Sequence record: MZ375274.1
Reading direction: 5' to 3' (one strand)
DNA: 36,786 bases
Source of the DNA: Escherichia phage T7
Under the pieces are notes generated by a model. That model was not told where the DNA came from. It searched no databases and saw only the letters and a program-made list of their open reading frames with translations. Every line of letters begins with the position of its first letter. Positions within the stretch are counted from its first letter, which is position 1. Both the position numbers and the translations under genes were made by a program. This document shows positions 9,434 through 21,083 of this stretch, piece by piece.

Positions 9434-9888
9434 TGGCTCGTGTACAGTTTAAACAACGTGAATCTACTGACGCAATCTTTGTTCACTGCTCGGCTACCAA
9501 GCCAAGTCAGAATGTTGGTGTCCGTGAGATTCGCCAGTGGCACAAAGAGCAGGGTTGGCTCGATGTGGGATACCACTTTATCATCAAGCGAGACGGTACT
9601 GTGGAGGCAGGACGAGATGAGATGGCTGTAGGCTCTCACGCTAAGGGTTACAACCACAACTCTATCGGCGTCTGCCTTGTTGGTGGTATCGACGATAAAG
9701 GTAAGTTCGACGCTAACTTTACGCCAGCCCAAATGCAATCCCTTCGCTCACTGCTTGTCACACTGCTGGCTAAGTACGAAGGCGCTGTGCTTCGCGCCCA
9801 TCATGAGGTGGCGCCGAAGGCTTGCCCTTCGTTCGACCTTAAGCGTTGGTGGGAGAAGAACGAACTGGTCACTTCTGACCGTGGATAA
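9433..9888 (+). CDS. 3.5: T7 lysozyme (N-acetylmuramoyl-L-alanine amidase, RNAP inhibitor; gene 3.5)
   Basis: 151-aa ORF MARVQFKQRESTDAIFVHCSATKPSQNVGVREIRQWHKEQGWLDVGYHFIIKRDGTVEAGRDE... Confidence 0.95.
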   Translation: MARVQFKQRESTDAIFVHCSATKPSQNVGVREIRQWHKEQGWLDVGYHFIIKRDGTVEAGRDEMAVGSHAKGYNHNSIGVCLVGGIDDKGKFDANFTPAQMQSLRSLLVTLLAKYEGAVLRAHHEVAPKACPSFDLKRWWEKNELVTSDRG

Positions 9889-11694
<1,806 letters not shown>

Positions 11695-11769
11695 CTTCTG
11701 ACAGGATTCTTGACAGTTGTTTCATATGAAGAGATTGTTAAGTCACGATAATCAATAGGAGAAATCAAT

Positions 11770-13884
11770 ATGATCGTTTCTGACATCGAAGCTAACGCCC
11801 TCTTAGAGAGCGTCACTAAGTTCCACTGCGGGGTTATCTACGACTACTCCACCGCTGAGTACGTAAGCTACCGTCCGAGTGACTTCGGTGCGTATCTGGA
11901 TGCGCTGGAAGCCGAGGTTGCACGAGGCGGTCTTATTGTGTTCCACAACGGTCACAAGTATGACGTTCCTGCATTGACCAAACTGGCAAAGTTGCAATTG
12001 AACCGAGAGTTCCACCTTCCTCGTGAGAACTGTATTGACACCCTTGTGTTGTCACGTTTGATTCATTCCAACCTCAAGGACACCGATATGGGTCTTCTGC
12101 GTTCCGGCAAGTTGCCCGGAAAACGCTTTGGGTCTCACGCTTTGGAGGCGTGGGGTTATCGCTTAGGCGAGATGAAGGGTGAATACAAAGACGACTTTAA
12201 GCGTATGCTTGAAGAGCAGGGTGAAGAATACGTTGACGGAATGGAGTGGTGGAACTTCAACGAAGAGATGATGGACTATAACGTTCAGGACGTTGTGGTA
12301 ACTAAAGCTCTCCTTGAGAAGCTACTCTCTGACAAACATTACTTCCCTCCTGAGATTGACTTTACGGACGTAGGATACACTACGTTCTGGTCAGAATCCC
12401 TTGAGGCCGTTGACATTGAACATCGTGCTGCATGGCTGCTCGCTAAACAAGAGCGCAACGGGTTCCCGTTTGACACAAAAGCAATCGAAGAGTTGTACGT
12501 AGAGTTAGCTGCTCGCCGCTCTGAGTTGCTCCGTAAATTGACCGAAACGTTCGGCTCGTGGTATCAGCCTAAAGGTGGCACTGAGATGTTCTGCCATCCG
12601 CGAACAGGTAAGCCACTACCTAAATACCCTCGCATTAAGACACCTAAAGTTTGTGGTATCTTTAAGAAGCCTAAGAACAAGGCACAGCGAGAAGGCCGTG
12701 AGCCTTGCGAACTTGATACCCGCGAGTACGTTGCTGGTGCTCCTTACACCCCAGTTGAACATGTTGTGTTTAACCCTTCGTCTCGTGACCACATTCAGAA
12801 GAAACTCCAAGAGGCTGGGTGGGTCCCGACCAAGTACACCGATAAGGGTGCTCCTGTGGTGGACGATGAGGTACTCGAAGGAGTACGTGTAGATGACCCT
12901 GAGAAGCAAGCCGCTATCGACCTCATTAAAGAGTACTTGATGATTCAGAAGCGAATCGGACAGTCTGCTGAGGGAGACACAGCATGGCTTCGTTATGTTG
13001 CTGAGGATGGTAAGATTCATGGTTCTGTTAACCCTAATGGAGCAGTTACGGGTCGTGCGACCCATGCGTTCCCAAACCTTGCGCAAATTCCGGGTGTACG
13101 TTCTCCTTATGGAGAGCAGTGTCGCGCTGCTTTTGGCGCTGAGCACCATTTGGATGGGATAACTGGTAAGCCTTGGGTTCAGGCTGGCATCGACGCATCC
13201 GGTCTTGAGCTACGCTGCTTGGCTCACTTCATGGCTCGCTTTGATAACGGCGAGTACGCTCACGAGATTCTTAACGGCGACATCCACACTAAGAACCAGA
13301 TAGCTGCTGAACTACCTACCCGAGATAACGCTAAGACGTTCATCTATGGGTTCCTCTATGGTGCTGGTGATGAGAAGATTGGACAGATTGTTGGTGCTGG
13401 TAAAGAGCGCGGTAAGGAACTCAAGAAGAAATTCCTTGAGAACACCCCCGCGATTGCAGCACTCCGCGAGTCTATCCAACAGACACTTGTCGAGTCCTCT
13501 CAATGGGTAGCTGGTGAGCAACAAGTCAAGTGGAAACGCCGCTGGATTAAAGGTCTGGATGGTCGTAAGGTACACGTTCGTAGTCCTCACGCTGCCTTGA
13601 ATACCCTACTGCAATCTGCTGGTGCTCTCATCTGCAAACTGTGGATTATCAAGACCGAAGAGATGCTCGTAGAGAAAGGCTTGAAGCATGGCTGGGATGG
13701 GGACTTTGCGTACATGGCATGGGTACATGATGAAATCCAAGTAGGCTGCCGTACCGAAGAGATTGCTCAGGTGGTCATTGAGACCGCACAAGAAGCGATG
13801 CGCTGGGTTGGAGACCACTGGAACTTCCGGTGTCTTCTGGATACCGAAGGTAAGATGGGTCCTAATTGGGCGATTTGCCACTGA
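11770..13884 (+). CDS. 5: T7 DNA polymerase (gene 5)
   Basis: 704-aa [34 protein letters not shown]... with the 3'-5' exonuclease motif at its N-terminus; ends ...NWAICH. Confidence 0.97.
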   Translation: MIVSDIEANALLESVTKFHCGVIYDYSTAEYVSYRPSDFGAYLDALEAEVARGGLIVFHNGHKYDVPALTKLAKLQLNREFHLPRENCIDTLVLSRLIHSNLKDTDMGLLRSGKLPGKRFGSHALEAWGYRLGEMKGEYKDDFKRMLEEQGEEYVDGMEWWNFNEEMMDYNVQDVVVTKALLEKLLSDKHYFPPEIDFTDVGYTTFWSESLEAVDIEHRAAWLLAKQERNGFPFDTKAIEELYVELAARRSELLRKLTETFGSWYQPKGGTEMFCHPRTGKPLPKYPRIKTPKVCGIFKKPKNKAQREGREPCELDTREYVAGAPYTPVEHVVFNPSSRDHIQKKLQEAGWVPTKYTDKGAPVVDDEVLEGVRVDDPEKQAAIDLIKEYLMIQKRIGQSAEGDTAWLRYVAEDGKIHGSVNPNGAVTGRATHAFPNLAQIPGVRSPYGEQCRAAFGAEHHLDGITGKPWVQAGIDASGLELRCLAHFMARFDNGEYAHEILNGDIHTKNQIAAELPTRDNAKTFIYGFLYGAGDEKIGQIVGAGKERGKELKKKFLENTPAIAALRESIQQTLVESSQWVAGEQQVKWKRRWIKGLDGRKVHVRSPHAALNTLLQSAGALICKLWIIKTEEMLVEKGLKHGWDGDFAYMAWVHDEIQVGCRTEEIAQVVIETAQEAMRWVGDHWNFRCLLDTEGKMGPNWAICH

Positions 13885-13929
13885 TACAGGAGGCTACTCC
13901 AAAGGCATAAAACTATAGGAGAAATTATT

Positions 13930-14229
13930 ATGGCTATGACAAAGAAATTTAAAGTGTCCTTCGACGTTACCGCAAAGATGTCGTCTGACGTTCAGGCAAT
14001 CTTAGAGAAAGATATGCTGCATCTATGTAAGCAGGTCGGCTCAGGTGCGATTGTCCCCAATGGTAAACAGAAGGAAATGATTGTCCAGTTCCTGACACAC
14101 GGTATGGAAGGATTGATGACATTCGTAGTACGTACATCATTTCGTGAGGCCATTAAGGACATGCACGAAGAGTATGCAGATAAGGACTCTTTCAAACAAT
14201 CTCCTGCAACAGTACGGGAGGTGTTCTGA
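13930..14229 (+). CDS. 5.5: Gp5.5 (H-NS-binding protein)
   Basis: 99-aa ORF MAMTKKFKVSFDVTAKMSSDVQAILEKDM... Confidence 0.88.
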   Translation: MAMTKKFKVSFDVTAKMSSDVQAILEKDMLHLCKQVGSGAIVPNGKQKEMIVQFLTHGMEGLMTFVVRTSFREAIKDMHEEYADKDSFKQSPATVREVF

Positions 14230-14438
14230 TGTCTGACTACCTGAAAGTGCTGCAAGCAATCAAAAGTTGCCCTAAGACTTTCCAGTCCAACTATGTACGG
14301 AACAATGCGAGCCTCGTAGCGGAGGCCGCTTCCCGTGGTCACATCTCGTGCCTGACTACTAGTGGACGTAACGGTGGCGCTTGGGAAATCACTGCTTCCG
14401 GTACTCGCTTTCTGAAACGAATGGGAGGATGTGTCTAA
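14229..14438 (+). CDS. 5.7: Gp5.7
   Basis: 69-aa ORF MSDYLKVLQAIKSCPKTFQSNYVRNNASLVAEAASRGH..., ATG overlaps the 5.5 stop. Confidence 0.85.
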   Translation: MSDYLKVLQAIKSCPKTFQSNYVRNNASLVAEAASRGHISCLTTSGRNGGAWEITASGTRFLKRMGGCV

Positions 14439-14596
14439 TGTCTCGTGACCTTGTGACTATTCCACGCGATGTGTGGAACGATATACAGGGCTACATCGAC
14501 TCTCTGGAACGTGAGAACGATAGCCTTAAGAATCAACTAATGGAAGCTGACGAATACGTAGCGGAACTAGAGGAGAAACTTAATGGCACTTCTTGA
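14438..14596 (+). CDS. 5.9: Gp5.9 (RecBCD inhibitor)
   Basis: 52-aa acidic ORF MSRDLVTIPRDVWNDIQGYIDSLERENDSLKNQLMEADEYVAELEEKLNGTS. Confidence 0.8.
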   Translation: MSRDLVTIPRDVWNDIQGYIDSLERENDSLKNQLMEADEYVAELEEKLNGTS

Positions 14597-15485
14597 CCTT
14601 AAACAATTCTATGAGTTACGTGAAGGCTGCGACGACAAGGGTATCCTTGTGATGGACGGCGACTGGCTGGTCTTCCAAGCTATGAGTGCTGCTGAGTTTG
14701 ATGCCTCTTGGGAGGAAGAGATTTGGCACCGATGCTGTGACCACGCTAAGGCCCGTCAGATTCTTGAGGATTCCATTAAGTACTACGAGACCCGTAAGAA
14801 GGCTTGGGCAGGTGCTCCAATTGTCCTTGCGTTCACCGATAGTGTTAACTGGCGTAAAGAACTGGTTGACCCGAACTATAAGGCTAACCGTAAGGCCGTG
14901 AAGAAACCTGTAGGGTACTTTGAGTTCCTTGATGCTCTCTTTGAGCGCGAAGAGTTCTATTGCATCCGTGAGCCTATGCTTGAGGGTGATGACGTTATGG
15001 GAGTTATTGCTTCCAATCCGTCTGCCTTCGGTGCTCGTAAGGCTGTAATCATCTCTTGCGATAAGGACTTTAAGACCATCCCTAACTGTGACTTCCTGTG
15101 GTGTACCACTGGTAACATCCTGACTCAGACCGAAGAGTCCGCTGACTGGTGGCACCTCTTCCAGACCATCAAGGGTGACATCACTGATGGTTACTCAGGG
15201 ATTGCTGGATGGGGTGATACCGCCGAGGACTTCTTGAATAACCCGTTCATAACCGAGCCTAAAACGTCTGTGCTTAAGTCCGGTAAGAACAAAGGCCAAG
15301 AGGTTACTAAATGGGTTAAACGCGACCCTGAGCCTCATGAGACGCTTTGGGACTGCATTAAGTCCATTGGCGCGAAGGCTGGTATGACCGAAGAGGATAT
15401 TATCAAGCAGGGCCAAATGGCTCGAATCCTACGGTTCAACGAGTACAACTTTATTGACAAGGAGATTTACCTGTGGAGACCGTAG
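14583..15485 (+). CDS. 6: 5'-3' exonuclease (gene 6)
   Basis: 300-aa ORF MALLDLKQFYELREGCDDKGILVMDGDWLVFQAM... Confidence 0.95.
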   Translation: MALLDLKQFYELREGCDDKGILVMDGDWLVFQAMSAAEFDASWEEEIWHRCCDHAKARQILEDSIKYYETRKKAWAGAPIVLAFTDSVNWRKELVDPNYKANRKAVKKPVGYFEFLDALFEREEFYCIREPMLEGDDVMGVIASNPSAFGARKAVIISCDKDFKTIPNCDFLWCTTGNILTQTEESADWWHLFQTIKGDITDGYSGIAGWGDTAEDFLNNPFITEPKTSVLKSGKNKGQEVTKWVKRDPEPHETLWDCIKSIGAKAGMTEEDIIKQGQMARILRFNEYNFIDKEIYLWRP

Positions 15486-15586
15486 CGTATATTGGTCTGG
15501 GTCTTTGTGTTCTCGGAGTGTGCCTCATTTCGTGGGGCCTTTGGGACTTAGCCAGAATAATCAAGTCGTTACACGACACTAAGTGA
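15473..15586 (+). CDS. 6.3: Gp6.3 (GTG start)
   Basis: 37-codon hydrophobic ORF overlapping the gene 6 end. Confidence 0.55.
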   Translation: METVAYIGLGLCVLGVCLISWGLWDLARIIKSLHDTK

Positions 15587-15606
15587 TAAACTCAAGGTCC
15601 CTAAAT

Positions 15607-15629
15607 TAATACGACTCACTATAGGGAGA
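15607..15629 (+). promoter_or_regulatory. T7 class III promoter phi6.5
   Basis: TAATACGACTCACTATAGGGAGA, exact consensus. Confidence 0.9.
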
Positions 15630-15665
15630 TAGGGGCCTTTACGATTATTACTTTAAGATTTAACT
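15629..15665 (+). promoter_or_regulatory. RNase III site R6.5 (approximate bounds)
   Basis: Leader taggggcctttacgattattactttaag can form a hairpin just downstream of phi6.5. Confidence 0.45.
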
Positions 15666-15683
15666 CTAAGAGGAATCTTTATT

Positions 15684-15938
15684 ATGTTAACACCTATTAA
15701 CCAATTACTTAAGAACCCTAACGATATTCCAGATGTACCTCGTGCAACCGCTGAGTATCTACAGGTTCGATTCAACTATGCGTACCTCGAAGCGTCTGGT
15801 CATATAGGACTTATGCGTGCTAATGGTTGTAGTGAGGCCCACATCTTGGGTTTCATTCAGGGCCTACAGTATGCCTCTAACGTCATTGACGAGATTGAGT
15901 TACGCAAGGAACAACTAAGAGATGATGGGGAGGATTGA
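15684..15938 (+). CDS. 6.5: Gp6.5
   Basis: 84-aa [33 protein letters not shown]... Confidence 0.85.
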
Positions 15939-15942
15939 CACT

Positions 15943-16209
15943 ATGTGTTTCTCACCGAAAATTAAAACTCCGAAGATGGATACCAATCAGATTCGAGCCG
16001 TTGAGCCAGCGCCTCTGACCCAAGAAGTGTCAAGCGTGGAGTTCGGTGGGTCTTCTGATGAGACGGATACCGAGGGCACCGAAGTGTCTGGACGCAAAGG
16101 CCTCAAGGTCGAACGTGATGATTCCGTAGCGAAGTCTAAAGCCAGCGGCAATGGCTCCGCTCGTATGAAATCTTCCATCCGTAAGTCCGCATTTGGAGGT
16201 AAGAAGTGA
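15943..16209 (+). CDS. 6.7: Gp6.7 virion protein
   Basis: 88-aa ORF from MCFSPKIKTPKMDTNQIRAVEP...; the upstream in-frame ATG at 15922 has no good RBS. Confidence 0.75.
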   Translation: MCFSPKIKTPKMDTNQIRAVEPAPLTQEVSSVEFGGSSDETDTEGTEVSGRKGLKVERDDSVAKSKASGNGSARMKSSIRKSAFGGKK

Positions 16210-16610
16210 TGTCTGAGTTCACATGTGTGGAGGCTAAGAGTCGCTTCCGTGCAATCCGGTGGACTGTGGAACACCTTGGGTTGCCTAAAGGATTCGAAGG
16301 ACACTTTGTGGGCTACAGCCTCTACGTAGACGAAGTGATGGACATGTCTGGTTGCCGTGAAGAGTACATTCTGGACTCTACCGGAAAACATGTAGCGTAC
16401 TTCGCGTGGTGCGTAAGCTGTGACATTCACCACAAAGGAGACATTCTGGATGTAACGTCCGTTGTCATTAATCCTGAGGCAGACTCTAAGGGCTTACAGC
16501 GATTCCTAGCGAAACGCTTTAAGTACCTTGCGGAACTCCACGATTGCGATTGGGTGTCTCGTTGTAAGCATGAAGGCGAGACAATGCGTGTATACTTTAA
16601 GGAGGTATAA
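16209..16610 (+). CDS. 7: Gp7
   Basis: 133-aa ORF MSEFTCVEAKSRFRAIRWTVEHLGLPKGFEG... Confidence 0.85.
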   Translation: MSEFTCVEAKSRFRAIRWTVEHLGLPKGFEGHFVGYSLYVDEVMDMSGCREEYILDSTGKHVAYFAWCVSCDIHHKGDILDVTSVVINPEADSKGLQRFLAKRFKYLAELHDCDWVSRCKHEGETMRVYFKEV

Positions 16611-16613
16611 GTT

Positions 16614-16913
16614 ATGGGTAAGAAAGTTAAGAAGGCCGTGAAGAAAGTCCCCAAGTCCGTTAAGAAAGTCGTTAAGGAAGGGGCTAGTCCGGTTAAACAG
16701 GTTGCTGGCGGTCTAGCTGGTCTGGCTGGTGGTACTGGTGAAGCACAGATGGTGGAAGTACCACAAGCTGCCGCACAGATTGTTGACGTACCTGAGAAAG
16801 AGGTTTCCACTGAGGACGAAGCACAGACAGAAAGCGGACGCAAGAAAGCTCGTGCTGGCGGTAAGAAATCCTTGAGTGTAGCCCGTAGCTCCGGTGGCGG
16901 TATCAACATTTAA
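16614..16913 (+). CDS. 7.3: Gp7.3 virion/tail-associated protein
   Basis: 99-aa Lys/Ala/Gly-rich ORF MGKKVKKAVKKVPKSVKKVVKEG... Confidence 0.85.
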   Translation: MGKKVKKAVKKVPKSVKKVVKEGASPVKQVAGGLAGLAGGTGEAQMVEVPQAAAQIVDVPEKEVSTEDEAQTESGRKKARAGGKKSLSVARSSGGGINI

Positions 16914-16926
16914 TCAGGAGGTTATC

Positions 16927-17319
16927 GTGGAAGACTGCATTGAATGGACCGGAGGTGTCAACTCTAAGGGTTATGGTCGTAAGTGGGTTAATGGTAAACT
17001 TGTGACTCCACATAGGCACATCTATGAGGAGACATATGGTCCAGTTCCAACAGGAATTGTGGTGATGCATATCTGCGATAACCCTAGGTGCTATAACATA
17101 AAGCACCTTACGCTTGGAACTCCAAAGGATAATTCCGAGGACATGGTTACCAAAGGTAGACAGGCTAAAGGAGAGGAACTAAGCAAGAAACTTACAGAGT
17201 CAGACGTTCTCGCTATACGCTCTTCAACCTTAAGCCACCGCTCCTTAGGAGAACTGTATGGAGTCAGTCAATCAACCATAACGCGAATACTACAGCGTAA
17301 GACATGGAGACACATTTAA
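16927..17319 (+). CDS. 7.7: Gene 7.7 HNH-endonuclease-like protein (GTG start)
   Basis: 130-aa ORF with KGYGRKW...HICDNPRCYNIKH...GTPKDNSEDMVTKGR; paralog of the gene 2.8 product. Confidence 0.8.
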   Translation: MEDCIEWTGGVNSKGYGRKWVNGKLVTPHRHIYEETYGPVPTGIVVMHICDNPRCYNIKHLTLGTPKDNSEDMVTKGRQAKGEELSKKLTESDVLAIRSSTLSHRSLGELYGVSQSTITRILQRKTWRHI

Positions 17320-18929
17320 TGGCTGAGAAACGAACAGGACTTGCGGAGGATGGCGCAAAGTCTGTCTATGAGCGTTTAAAGAACGACCGTGCTCCCTATG
17401 AGACACGCGCTCAGAATTGCGCTCAATATACCATCCCATCATTGTTCCCTAAGGACTCCGATAACGCCTCTACAGATTATCAAACTCCGTGGCAAGCCGT
17501 GGGCGCTCGTGGTCTGAACAATCTAGCCTCTAAGCTCATGCTGGCTCTATTCCCTATGCAGACTTGGATGCGACTTACTATATCTGAATATGAAGCAAAG
17601 CAGTTACTGAGCGACCCCGATGGACTCGCTAAGGTCGATGAGGGCCTCTCGATGGTAGAGCGTATCATCATGAACTACATTGAGTCTAACAGTTACCGCG
17701 TGACTCTCTTTGAGGCTCTCAAACAGTTAGTCGTAGCTGGTAACGTCCTGCTGTACCTACCGGAACCGGAAGGGTCAAACTATAATCCCATGAAGCTGTA
17801 CCGATTGTCTTCTTATGTGGTCCAACGAGACGCATTCGGCAACGTTCTGCAAATGGTGACTCGTGACCAGATAGCTTTTGGTGCTCTCCCTGAGGACATC
17901 CGTAAGGCTGTAGAAGGTCAAGGTGGTGAGAAGAAAGCTGATGAGACAATCGACGTGTACACTCACATCTATCTGGATGAGGACTCAGGTGAATACCTCC
18001 GATACGAAGAGGTCGAGGGTATGGAAGTCCAAGGCTCCGATGGGACTTATCCTAAAGAGGCTTGCCCATACATCCCGATTCGGATGGTCAGACTAGATGG
18101 TGAATCCTACGGTCGTTCGTACATTGAGGAATACTTAGGTGACTTACGGTCCCTTGAAAATCTCCAAGAGGCTATCGTCAAGATGTCCATGATTAGCTCT
18201 AAGGTTATCGGCTTAGTGAATCCTGCTGGTATCACCCAGCCACGCCGACTGACCAAAGCTCAGACTGGTGACTTCGTTACTGGTCGTCCAGAAGACATCT
18301 CGTTCCTCCAACTGGAGAAGCAAGCAGACTTTACTGTAGCTAAAGCCGTAAGTGACGCTATCGAGGCTCGCCTTTCGTTTGCCTTTATGTTGAACTCTGC
18401 GGTTCAGCGTACAGGTGAACGTGTGACCGCCGAAGAGATTCGGTATGTAGCTTCTGAACTTGAAGATACTTTAGGTGGTGTCTACTCTATCCTTTCTCAA
18501 GAATTACAATTGCCTCTGGTACGAGTGCTCTTGAAGCAACTACAAGCCACGCAACAGATTCCTGAGTTACCTAAGGAAGCCGTAGAGCCAACCATTAGTA
18601 CAGGTCTGGAAGCAATTGGTCGAGGACAAGACCTTGATAAGCTGGAGCGGTGTGTCACTGCGTGGGCTGCACTGGCACCTATGCGGGACGACCCTGATAT
18701 TAACCTTGCGATGATTAAGTTACGTATTGCCAACGCTATCGGTATTGACACTTCTGGTATTCTACTCACCGAAGAACAGAAGCAACAGAAGATGGCCCAA
18801 CAGTCTATGCAAATGGGTATGGATAATGGTGCTGCTGCGCTGGCTCAAGGTATGGCTGCACAAGCTACAGCTTCACCTGAGGCTATGGCTGCTGCCGCTG
18901 ATTCCGTAGGTTTACAGCCGGGAATTTAA
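17319..18929 (+). CDS. 8: Head-to-tail connector (portal) protein gp8
   Basis: 536-aa ORF MAEKRTGLAEDGAKSVYERLKNDRAPYETRAQN... Confidence 0.95.
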   Translation: MAEKRTGLAEDGAKSVYERLKNDRAPYETRAQNCAQYTIPSLFPKDSDNASTDYQTPWQAVGARGLNNLASKLMLALFPMQTWMRLTISEYEAKQLLSDPDGLAKVDEGLSMVERIIMNYIESNSYRVTLFEALKQLVVAGNVLLYLPEPEGSNYNPMKLYRLSSYVVQRDAFGNVLQMVTRDQIAFGALPEDIRKAVEGQGGEKKADETIDVYTHIYLDEDSGEYLRYEEVEGMEVQGSDGTYPKEACPYIPIRMVRLDGESYGRSYIEEYLGDLRSLENLQEAIVKMSMISSKVIGLVNPAGITQPRRLTKAQTGDFVTGRPEDISFLQLEKQADFTVAKAVSDAIEARLSFAFMLNSAVQRTGERVTAEEIRYVASELEDTLGGVYSILSQELQLPLVRVLLKQLQATQQIPELPKEAVEPTISTGLEAIGRGQDLDKLERCVTAWAALAPMRDDPDINLAMIKLRIANAIGIDTSGILLTEEQKQQKMAQQSMQMGMDNGAAALAQGMAAQATASPEAMAAAADSVGLQPGI

Positions 18930-18949
18930 TACGACTCACTATAGGGAGA
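18927..18949 (+). promoter_or_regulatory. T7 class III promoter phi9
   Basis: TAATACGACTCACTATAGGGAGA, exact consensus. Confidence 0.9.
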
Positions 18950-19028
18950 CCTCATCTTTGAAATGAGCGATGACAAGAGGTTGGAGTCCTCGGTCTTCCT
19001 GTAGTTCAACTTTAAGGAGACAATAATA

Positions 19029-19952
19029 ATGGCTGAATCTAATGCAGACGTATATGCATCTTTTGGCGTGAACTCCGCTGTGATGTCTGGTGGTTCCGTT
19101 GAGGAACATGAGCAGAACATGCTGGCTCTTGATGTTGCTGCCCGTGATGGCGATGATGCAATCGAGTTAGCGTCAGACGAAGTGGAAACAGAACGTGACC
19201 TGTATGACAACTCTGACCCGTTCGGTCAAGAGGATGACGAAGGCCGCATTCAGGTTCGTATCGGTGATGGCTCTGAGCCGACCGATGTGGACACTGGAGA
19301 AGAAGGCGTTGAGGGCACCGAAGGTTCCGAAGAGTTTACCCCACTGGGCGAGACTCCAGAAGAACTGGTAGCTGCCTCTGAGCAACTTGGTGAGCACGAA
19401 GAGGGCTTCCAAGAGATGATTAACATTGCTGCTGAGCGTGGCATGAGTGTCGAGACCATTGAGGCTATCCAGCGTGAGTACGAGGAGAACGAAGAGTTGT
19501 CCGCCGAGTCCTACGCTAAGCTGGCTGAAATTGGCTACACGAAGGCTTTCATTGACTCGTATATCCGTGGTCAAGAAGCTCTGGTGGAGCAGTACGTAAA
19601 CAGTGTCATTGAGTACGCTGGTGGTCGTGAACGTTTTGATGCACTGTATAACCACCTTGAGACGCACAACCCTGAGGCTGCACAGTCGCTGGATAATGCG
19701 TTGACCAATCGTGACTTAGCGACCGTTAAGGCTATCATCAACTTGGCTGGTGAGTCTCGCGCTAAGGCGTTCGGTCGTAAGCCAACTCGTAGTGTGACTA
19801 ATCGTGCTATTCCGGCTAAACCTCAGGCTACCAAGCGTGAAGGCTTTGCGGACCGTAGCGAGATGATTAAAGCTATGAGTGACCCTCGGTATCGCACAGA
19901 TGCCAACTATCGTCGTCAAGTCGAACAGAAAGTAATCGATTCGAACTTCTGA
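19029..19952 (+). CDS. 9: Capsid assembly (scaffolding) protein gp9
   Basis: 307-aa highly acidic ORF MAESNADVYASFGVNSAVMSGGSVEEHEQNM... Confidence 0.95.
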   Translation: MAESNADVYASFGVNSAVMSGGSVEEHEQNMLALDVAARDGDDAIELASDEVETERDLYDNSDPFGQEDDEGRIQVRIGDGSEPTDVDTGEEGVEGTEGSEEFTPLGETPEELVAASEQLGEHEEGFQEMINIAAERGMSVETIEAIQREYEENEELSAESYAKLAEIGYTKAFIDSYIRGQEALVEQYVNSVIEYAGGRERFDALYNHLETHNPEAAQSLDNALTNRDLATVKAIINLAGESRAKAFGRKPTRSVTNRAIPAKPQATKREGFADRSEMIKAMSDPRYRTDANYRRQVEQKVIDSNF

Positions 19953-19965
19953 TAGACTTCGAAAT

Positions 19966-19988
19966 TAATACGACTCACTATATGGAGA
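19966..19988 (+). promoter_or_regulatory. T7 class III promoter phi10 with T instead of G at +1
   Basis: TAATACGACTCACTATATGGAGA; the other class III promoters here read ...TATAGGGAGA; followed by the gene 10 leader. Confidence 0.85.
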
Positions 19989-20045
19989 CCACAACGGTTT
20001 CCCTCTAGAAATAATTTTGTTTAACTTTAAGAAGGAGATATACAT

Positions 20046-21083
20046 ATGGCTAGCATGACTGGTGGACAGCAAATGGGTACTAACCAAGGTAAAGGTGTAG
20101 TTGCTGCTGGAGATAAACTGGCGTTGTTCTTGAAGGTATTTGGCGGTGAAGTCCTGACTGCGTTCGCTCGTACCTCCGTGACCACTTCTCGCCACATGGT
20201 ACGTTCCATCTCCAGCGGTAAATCCGCTCAGTTCCCTGTTCTGGGTCGCACTCAGGCAGCGTATCTGGCTCCGGGCGAGAACCTCGACGATAAACGTAAG
20301 GACATCAAACACACCGAGAAGGTAATCACCATTGACGGTCTCCTGACGGCTGACGTTCTGATTTATGATATTGAGGACGCGATGAACCACTACGACGTTC
20401 GCTCTGAGTATACCTCTCAGTTGGGTGAATCTCTGGCGATGGCTGCGGATGGTGCGGTTCTGGCTGAGATTGCCGGTCTGTGTAACGTGGAAAGCAAATA
20501 TAATGAGAACATCGAGGGCTTAGGTACTGCTACCGTAATTGAGACCACTCAGAACAAGGCCGCACTTACCGACCAAGTTGCGCTGGGTAAGGAGATTATT
20601 GCGGCTCTGACTAAGGCTCGTGCGGCTCTGACCAAGAACTATGTTCCGGCTGCTGACCGTGTGTTCTACTGTGACCCAGATAGCTACTCTGCGATTCTGG
20701 CAGCACTGATGCCGAACGCAGCAAACTACGCTGCTCTGATTGACCCTGAGAAGGGTTCTATCCGCAACGTTATGGGCTTTGAGGTTGTAGAAGTTCCGCA
20801 CCTCACCGCTGGTGGTGCTGGTACCGCTCGTGAGGGCACTACTGGTCAGAAGCACGTCTTCCCTGCCAATAAAGGTGAGGGTAATGTCAAGGTTGCTAAG
20901 GACAACGTTATCGGCCTGTTCATGCACCGCTCTGCGGTAGGTACTGTTAAGCTGCGTGACTTGGCTCTGGAGCGCGCTCGCCGTGCTACCTTCCAAGCGG
21001 ACCAGATTATCGCTAAGTACGCAATGGGCCACGGTGGTCTTCGCCCAGAAGCTGCTGGTGCAGTGGTTTTCAAAGTGGAGTAA
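20046..21083 (+). CDS. 10A: Major capsid protein 10A
   Basis: 345-aa ORF MASMTGGQQMGTNQGKGVVAAGDKLALFLKVFGGEV... after the strong RBS AAGGAG. Confidence 0.97.
   Translation: MASMTGGQQMGTNQGKGVVAAGDKLALFLKVFGGEVLTAFARTSVTTSRHMVRSISSGKSAQFPVLGRTQAAYLAPGENLDDKRKDIKHTEKVITIDGLLTADVLIYDIEDAMNHYDVRSEYTSQLGESLAMAADGAVLAEIAGLCNVESKYNENIEGLGTATVIETTQNKAALTDQVALGKEIIAALTKARAALTKNYVPAADRVFYCDPDSYSAILAALMPNAANYAALIDPEKGSIRNVMGFEVVEVPHLTAGGAGTAREGTTGQKHVFPANKGEGNVKVAKDNVIGLFMHRSAVGTVKLRDLALERARRATFQADQIIAKYAMGHGGLRPEAAGAVVFKVE

Noticed and set aside
19966-20110. phi10 promoter plus leader and MASMTGGQQMG start look like pET-type expression-vector sequence (T7 tag)
   Set aside because: This is the native T7 phi10/gene 10 region from which those vectors were derived; flanking sequence is contiguous phage genome (gene 9 upstream, full 10A/10B and Tphi downstream), so it is not vector contamination.
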